Shown piece by piece: positions 59,356 to 64,000 of a stretch of DNA of 64,000 bases. Both the position numbers and the translations under genes were made by a program. The DNA is from Bacteroidales bacterium. Lineage in GTDB: Bacteria; Bacteroidota; Bacteroidia; Bacteroidales; UBA3824. Under the pieces are notes generated by a model. That model worked only from the letters and a program-made list of their open reading frames with translations, made no database searches and was not told the DNA's origin. The stretch spans positions 18,013 to 82,012 of the forward strand of contig JAFYDK010000001.1 in the NCBI GenBank assembly GCA_017544805.1, in the 5' to 3' direction. Positions within the stretch are counted from its first letter, which is position 1. Each line of letters begins with the position of its first letter.

Positions 59356-60267
59356 ATGGAAAAAATTTTTCAATTCATTAAAAATCAAGCTCTTCCGATT
59401 GCAATAATCACGGGAAGCATTTTTTATGATTTTTTTCATAAATTCGCATTCATTTTGCCGTATGCGATGTTCATAATGCTAACTTTAGCATTCACAAAGG
59501 TAAGTTTAAAGGAAATTAAGTTCAAAAAAGTTCACATTTTATTACTTGCCGTTACCATTTTAGGCGGTTTAGGAACATATTTAGCGATTGCTCCGTTCAA
59601 CAAAATTTTAGCGGAATCAATGATGGTAATTATAATGTGTCCAACAGCCGTTTCTGCCGTTGTAGTAACGACAAAACTTGGCGGTAACGCTCCTAACTTA
59701 GTAAGTTTCACTATTTTAGCAAACATAGCAGTTGCAATTATAATTCCAGCTGTTTTTCCTCTTATAGAGGCTAAAGGAATGAGTTTTTGGGAAGGTTTTT
59801 TGACAATTATTCAAAAAGTTTTTCCGCTTTTGGTACTGCCGATGATTTTAGCAGAACTCATAAAAAAATTTTTACCCAAAACCCATGATTTTCTATTGAA
59901 ATATTCCGGCGTTTCGTTTTATATTTGGGCAGGCTCAGTGGTAATTTTAATGGGCAGAACGGTAAAATCAATAATCGAAAAGCCTGAAAATTATCATATT
60001 GATATTCTAATGGGAATAGCAGCATTGATAATTTGCATAGTACTTTTTACGGTCGGAAAAATCATCGGAACAAAATTAGATGAGAGAATTTCGTGCGGTC
60101 AAAGTATTGGTCAAAAAAATACTATTTTTTCGATATGGGTTGCCGGAACATATCTCGATCCGCTAAGTGCCTTATGCAGTGGATTTTACATCATTTTTCA
60201 AAATCTATTCAACTCGTGGCAATTAGATAAAAAACGCAAAGCCGATAAGATGCTAAACAAAAATTAG
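59356..60267 (+). CDS. Bile acid:sodium symporter-like membrane transporter
   Basis: About 9-10 TM helices, CPTAVSAVVVTTKLGG, GQSIGQKNT. ATG at 59356. Confidence 0.8.
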   Translation: MEKIFQFIKNQALPIAIITGSIFYDFFHKFAFILPYAMFIMLTLAFTKVSLKEIKFKKVHILLLAVTILGGLGTYLAIAPFNKILAESMMVIIMCPTAVSAVVVTTKLGGNAPNLVSFTILANIAVAIIIPAVFPLIEAKGMSFWEGFLTIIQKVFPLLVLPMILAELIKKFLPKTHDFLLKYSGVSFYIWAGSVVILMGRTVKSIIEKPENYHIDILMGIAALIICIVLFTVGKIIGTKLDERISCGQSIGQKNTIFSIWVAGTYLDPLSALCSGFYIIFQNLFNSWQLDKKRKADKMLNKN

Positions 60268-60325
60268 AAATTTGGATTTAAAGTTTTTTTTCTTAAATTT
60301 GCACTGTGATTTTCTAAAAAAAATT

Positions 60326-61408
60326 ATGTCAATAACAATTAAAATAGGCTCAAACGTTTTAACACAAAGCGGCGGTACGCTTGACGAAAGCCGTATGAAC
60401 GATTTAGTCAGAGAAATTTCGCTGCTCCACAAAAAAGGCGAAAAAATTATACTTGTAACCTCCGGCGCAGTTGCTGCAGGAAGATCCATAGCAAGCGGTT
60501 ATGATATGCTTGATGCCGTTGCACAACGACAGCTTTTATCTTCAATTGGTCAGGTAAAACTCATTGATACTTACAAGAAACTATTTGATATTCAAGGAAT
60601 TAAAATAGGTCAGATACTTGTTACGAAACAGGATTTTTCATCACGTCAGCATTATCTGAACATGAAAAATTGTATCACAACACTTTGGGAAAACAATGTA
60701 ATTCCCGTTGTTAACGAAAACGATGCCGTATCTATTACGGGATTAATGTTTACTGACAACGATGAACTTTCAGGTTTGATGGCATCAATGATGGATTGCG
60801 ATAAATTATTCATTCTCAGCAATATAGACGGAATTTATAACGGCAATCCCAAAGATGAAGGCACTTTCGTTATAAGAGAAATTCTTCCTAAAAGCAACGT
60901 TTCGCAATACGTTCAGACCACAAAATCCAATTTCGGAAGAGGCGGAATGTTAACAAAATGCCGCATAGCCAGAAAAACGGCAGATTCCGGAATTGAAGTT
61001 TTCATCGCTAACGGAACAAAACCTGAGGTTATCACAAACCTTTACAACAGAGAAAAAGATTTTGTCTGCACCCATTTTGCGGCTGGCGAACATTCCCCCG
61101 CCGTAAAAAAATGGATTGCATATTCTGACGGTTTTACCAAAGCAACGGTCGTTATCAACAAAGGAGCCCAAGAAGCACTTTTGAACCGAGAAAAAGCAGC
61201 AAGTCTGCTCTATCCGGGCGTTATAAGATTTGAAGGCGAGTTCAAAAAAGACGACCTCCTTTTGATAAAAAACGAAGAGGGCGAAACCATCGGAGTTGGA
61301 AAAGCCGGCTCCGACAAAGACAAAATCCTTAAATCAAGCCCCGAAAAACACTCGAAACCTATTATTCATTACGATTATCTCTATATTTATCCTCAAACTA
61401 TAAAATGA
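60326..61408 (+). CDS. proB: Glutamate 5-kinase
   Basis: [35 protein letters not shown] domain. ATG at 60326 after TAAATTTG (60294-60301). Confidence 0.95.
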   Translation: MSITIKIGSNVLTQSGGTLDESRMNDLVREISLLHKKGEKIILVTSGAVAAGRSIASGYDMLDAVAQRQLLSSIGQVKLIDTYKKLFDIQGIKIGQILVTKQDFSSRQHYLNMKNCITTLWENNVIPVVNENDAVSITGLMFTDNDELSGLMASMMDCDKLFILSNIDGIYNGNPKDEGTFVIREILPKSNVSQYVQTTKSNFGRGGMLTKCRIARKTADSGIEVFIANGTKPEVITNLYNREKDFVCTHFAAGEHSPAVKKWIAYSDGFTKATVVINKGAQEALLNREKAASLLYPGVIRFEGEFKKDDLLLIKNEEGETIGVGKAGSDKDKILKSSPEKHSKPIIHYDYLYIYPQTIK

Positions 61409-62652
61409 TTATGAACATTTTGCAGCAACTGGAACAAGTAAAGGCAGCTTCACGCGAAATGCCTTTAACTGATGAAAAATCATCGGAAATTCTAAACAAA
61501 ATTGCCGATGCTCTCATCGAAAACACCGATAAAATTATCACTGCTAACTCATTAGACTTGAGTCGTATGGACAAATCAAATCCGATGTACGACAGACTTC
61601 TTTTAACAAAAGAACGCATCATAGACATCGCTAATGACACCCGTCATGTAGCTACTCTAAAAGTTCCGTATTCAAAGGTTTTGGAAGAAAAAGAACTTTC
61701 TAACGGTCTAATACTCAAAAAAGTAAGTGTACCATTAGGCGTTATAGGCGTAATTTACGAGGCACGCCCTAACGTTACGGTTGATGTTGCGGCTTTAAGT
61801 TTGAGATCAGGAAACGCTGTTGTTCTCAAAGGCGGTTCCGATGCTAAAGAATCGAATACCGTTTTAACCGAAATTATGCATAAAGTTTTGGAAAATAACG
61901 GTTTAAACAAAAATATCATTCAGCTTTTACCTCCCGGACACGAAGCTGCAAATTCTCTTATGAACGCAGTAGGATACATTGACGTTTTGATTCCCAGAGG
62001 TTCTAAAAATCTTATTAACACTGTCAGAGACAATGCAAAAGTGCCTGTAATCGAAACAGGTGCAGGTGTTGTGCATACTTATTTTGACAAGGACGGTGAT
62101 TTGGAAAAAGCTAAAAAAATTATTTTCAACGCTAAAACCCGTCGCGTAAGTGTCTGCAACGCCTTGGACTGTCTGATTATCCACGCTGACAGACTGAAAG
62201 ATTTGCCTGAAATTTGTGCACCGTTAGTAGAGAAAAACGTTGAGATTTTCGCTGACGAAAAAGCATATTCCGCACTTCAAGGAAAATATTCCGCAACTCT
62301 GACCCATGCTCAAATATCGGATTTCGGTCGCGAATTTCAATCCTTGAAAATGGCTGTCAAAACCGTTGAAAATTTCTCTCAAGCTTTGGAGCATATTTAC
62401 AAATATTCATCAAAACATTCGGAGGCAATTATCACCGAAAACGAAAATACGGCTCTGAAATTTTTGAATTCTGTAGATGCAGCTTGTTGTTATCATAACA
62501 CTTCAACGGCTTTTACGGACGGTGCACAGTTCGGATTAGGTGCTGAAATAGGAATCAGCACTCAAAAACTTCACGCCCGCGGACCTATGGCACTAAAAGA
62601 ACTTACAACTTACAAATGGCTGATTTTCGGTAACGGACAAGTAAGAGGTTAA
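61405..62652 (+). CDS. proA: Glutamate-5-semialdehyde dehydrogenase
   Basis: [47 protein letters not shown]. Confidence 0.96.
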   Translation: MIMNILQQLEQVKAASREMPLTDEKSSEILNKIADALIENTDKIITANSLDLSRMDKSNPMYDRLLLTKERIIDIANDTRHVATLKVPYSKVLEEKELSNGLILKKVSVPLGVIGVIYEARPNVTVDVAALSLRSGNAVVLKGGSDAKESNTVLTEIMHKVLENNGLNKNIIQLLPPGHEAANSLMNAVGYIDVLIPRGSKNLINTVRDNAKVPVIETGAGVVHTYFDKDGDLEKAKKIIFNAKTRRVSVCNALDCLIIHADRLKDLPEICAPLVEKNVEIFADEKAYSALQGKYSATLTHAQISDFGREFQSLKMAVKTVENFSQALEHIYKYSSKHSEAIITENENTALKFLNSVDAACCYHNTSTAFTDGAQFGLGAEIGISTQKLHARGPMALKELTTYKWLIFGNGQVRG

Positions 62653-62669
62653 GGCTTTTTTTCTAAATC

Positions 62670-64000
62670 ATGTCAGAGGAAAATCTTAAAACAACAGCTG
62701 CAAAAGGATTGTTTTGGGGCGGAGTCAGCAATGTTACTCAACAAATGCTGAATCTCTGCTTCGGAATTTTTTTGGCAAGAATACTTTCCGTAAGCGATTA
62801 CGGTCTTATAGGAATGTTAACAATTTTTTCCGCCCTTGCCAATGCCGTTCAAGAAGGCGGTTTCCGCTCCGCTCTGACGAACAAGAAAAACGTTAAAAAC
62901 GAAGATTATAATTCAGTTTTTTGGACAAGTTTTTTGTTAGGAATTATACTGTATGTAATTCTGTTTTTTTCGCTGCCCAAAATTGCTGAATTTTTTAGAA
63001 CTCAAGAACTTATACCGCTGGGACGGTTTATGTTCCTGAGTTTTGTTTTTTCGAGTTTGGGAACCGCGCATAATGCCTATCTATTTAAAAATCTGATGGT
63101 TAAAGAGATGTCAAAAGCAACTTTAACAGCCTCTTTAATTTCGGGTATAACGGCTCTAATAATCGCATTTTCGGGATACGCATATTGGGCAATCGCAACA
63201 ATGAACGTGGTTTATGTTTTTGTTACGACCGTAATGTTTTGGATTTATTCGCCGCTAAGGCCTAATTTCAAAATCAGTTTCAAACCCATAAAAGAAATGC
63301 TGCCGTTTTCTTCAAAACTTCTCATAACAATTATATTTCAGATACTTAACGATAATTTTTTCTCGGTTCTTTTGGGACGCTTTTTCTCAAAAATCGAAGT
63401 CGGTTTTTACACTCAAGCCTACAAATGGACAAATACCGGCACTCAAACAATTTCGCTTGCAATAGAAAACGTTATGCAACCCGTTTTGTCAAAAACCGAA
63501 AAAAATTCCTTACTGAAAGTTTTTAACAAGCTAATGCAAACAACTGTTTTCGTGTCGTTTCCGAGTATGCTGATTTTAGCATTAATTGCTCCCGAATTTA
63601 TCGAAATAACAATCTCTAACAAGTGGGCAGAAAGCGCAACAATTATGAAAATTCTCTGCGTTTGGGGCGCATTTTATCCAGTCGGCAAACTTTATCAAAA
63701 GCAACTTCTAAGCGGTTCAAAATCAGGGACTTTAATGTTTTGCGTAATAACAAATTGCTTGTTGCAGATTTCGACAGTAGTTTTTACTTTCAAATATGGA
63801 ATCTTAATGATGGCGACTTTTTATGTCGTGGTTAACATTCTGTGTATCTTCTTGTTACATTATTTCGTAAGAAGAATCAACGGCGTAAGTCTTAAAAATC
63901 TCTTTTTCAATATTTTGCCTTTTCTTTCGGCGGCAGTTTTAGCGGTTTTAACAGCCGGAATACTCTCCTACCCTATTTCAAACATTTATTTTAGGGCGAT
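62670..64000 (+). CDS. Wzx/WzxC-like polysaccharide flippase (3'-truncated)
   Basis: Translation MSEENLKTTAAKGLFWGG..GIFLARILSVSDYGLIGML..GGFRSAL..DYNSVFW. Frame appears open to the window end. Confidence 0.85.
   Translation, partial: MSEENLKTTAAKGLFWGGVSNVTQQMLNLCFGIFLARILSVSDYGLIGMLTIFSALANAVQEGGFRSALTNKKNVKNEDYNSVFWTSFLLGIILYVILFFSLPKIAEFFRTQELIPLGRFMFLSFVFSSLGTAHNAYLFKNLMVKEMSKATLTASLISGITALIIAFSGYAYWAIATMNVVYVFVTTVMFWIYSPLRPNFKISFKPIKEMLPFSSKLLITIIFQILNDNFFSVLLGRFFSKIEVGFYTQAYKWTNTGTQTISLAIENVMQPVLSKTEKNSLLKVFNKLMQTTVFVSFPSMLILALIAPEFIEITISNKWAESATIMKILCVWGAFYPVGKLYQKQLLSGSKSGTLMFCVITNCLLQISTVVFTFKYGILMMATFYVVVNILCIFLLHYFVRRINGVSLKNLFFNILPFLSAAVLAVLTAGILSYPISNIYFRA

Noticed and set aside
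1-64000. tRNA, rRNA, riboswitch, IS element or prophage
   Set aside because: No cloverleaf or T-loop motifs, transposases or phage genes were recognisable by eye. Infernal or tRNAscan would be needed to exclude divergent RNAs.

Overview
This is an AT-rich chromosomal segment from a Bacteroidota (Bacteroidales-like) bacterium. The assignment rests on TAnnTTTG (-7) promoter elements ahead of many genes, A-rich translation starts without Shine-Dalgarno sequences, a GT3 glycogen synthase, a long Bacteroidota-type SecA, and many signal-peptide proteins whose mature form starts with Gln. About 56 CDS are present, mostly housekeeping: gpsA, argB, tatA/tatC, def, ruvX, mdh, panB, secA, xerD, cobB, surE, proB/proA and a Wzx flippase cut by the window end. 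I found no tRNA, rRNA, CRISPR array, IS or prophage. The unusual content is signalling and regulatory. (i) Three membrane-bound PP2C/SpoIIE sensors: one looks catalytically dead, and one follows a TonB-dependent receptor and carries a very long periplasmic coiled coil. (ii) An orphan chemoreceptor with a DFERF pentapeptide. (iii) An orphan ParA with a non-ParB partner. (iv) A LysR regulator whose only apparent divergent target is an unannotated 30-aa membrane peptide behind three tandem LysR-type boxes. (v) Two intergenic sRNA candidates. (vi) Long near-perfect palindromes at tightly packed convergent gene junctions; in two cases they give the facing proteins identical C-termini. All calls come from reading motifs by eye; no searches were run.
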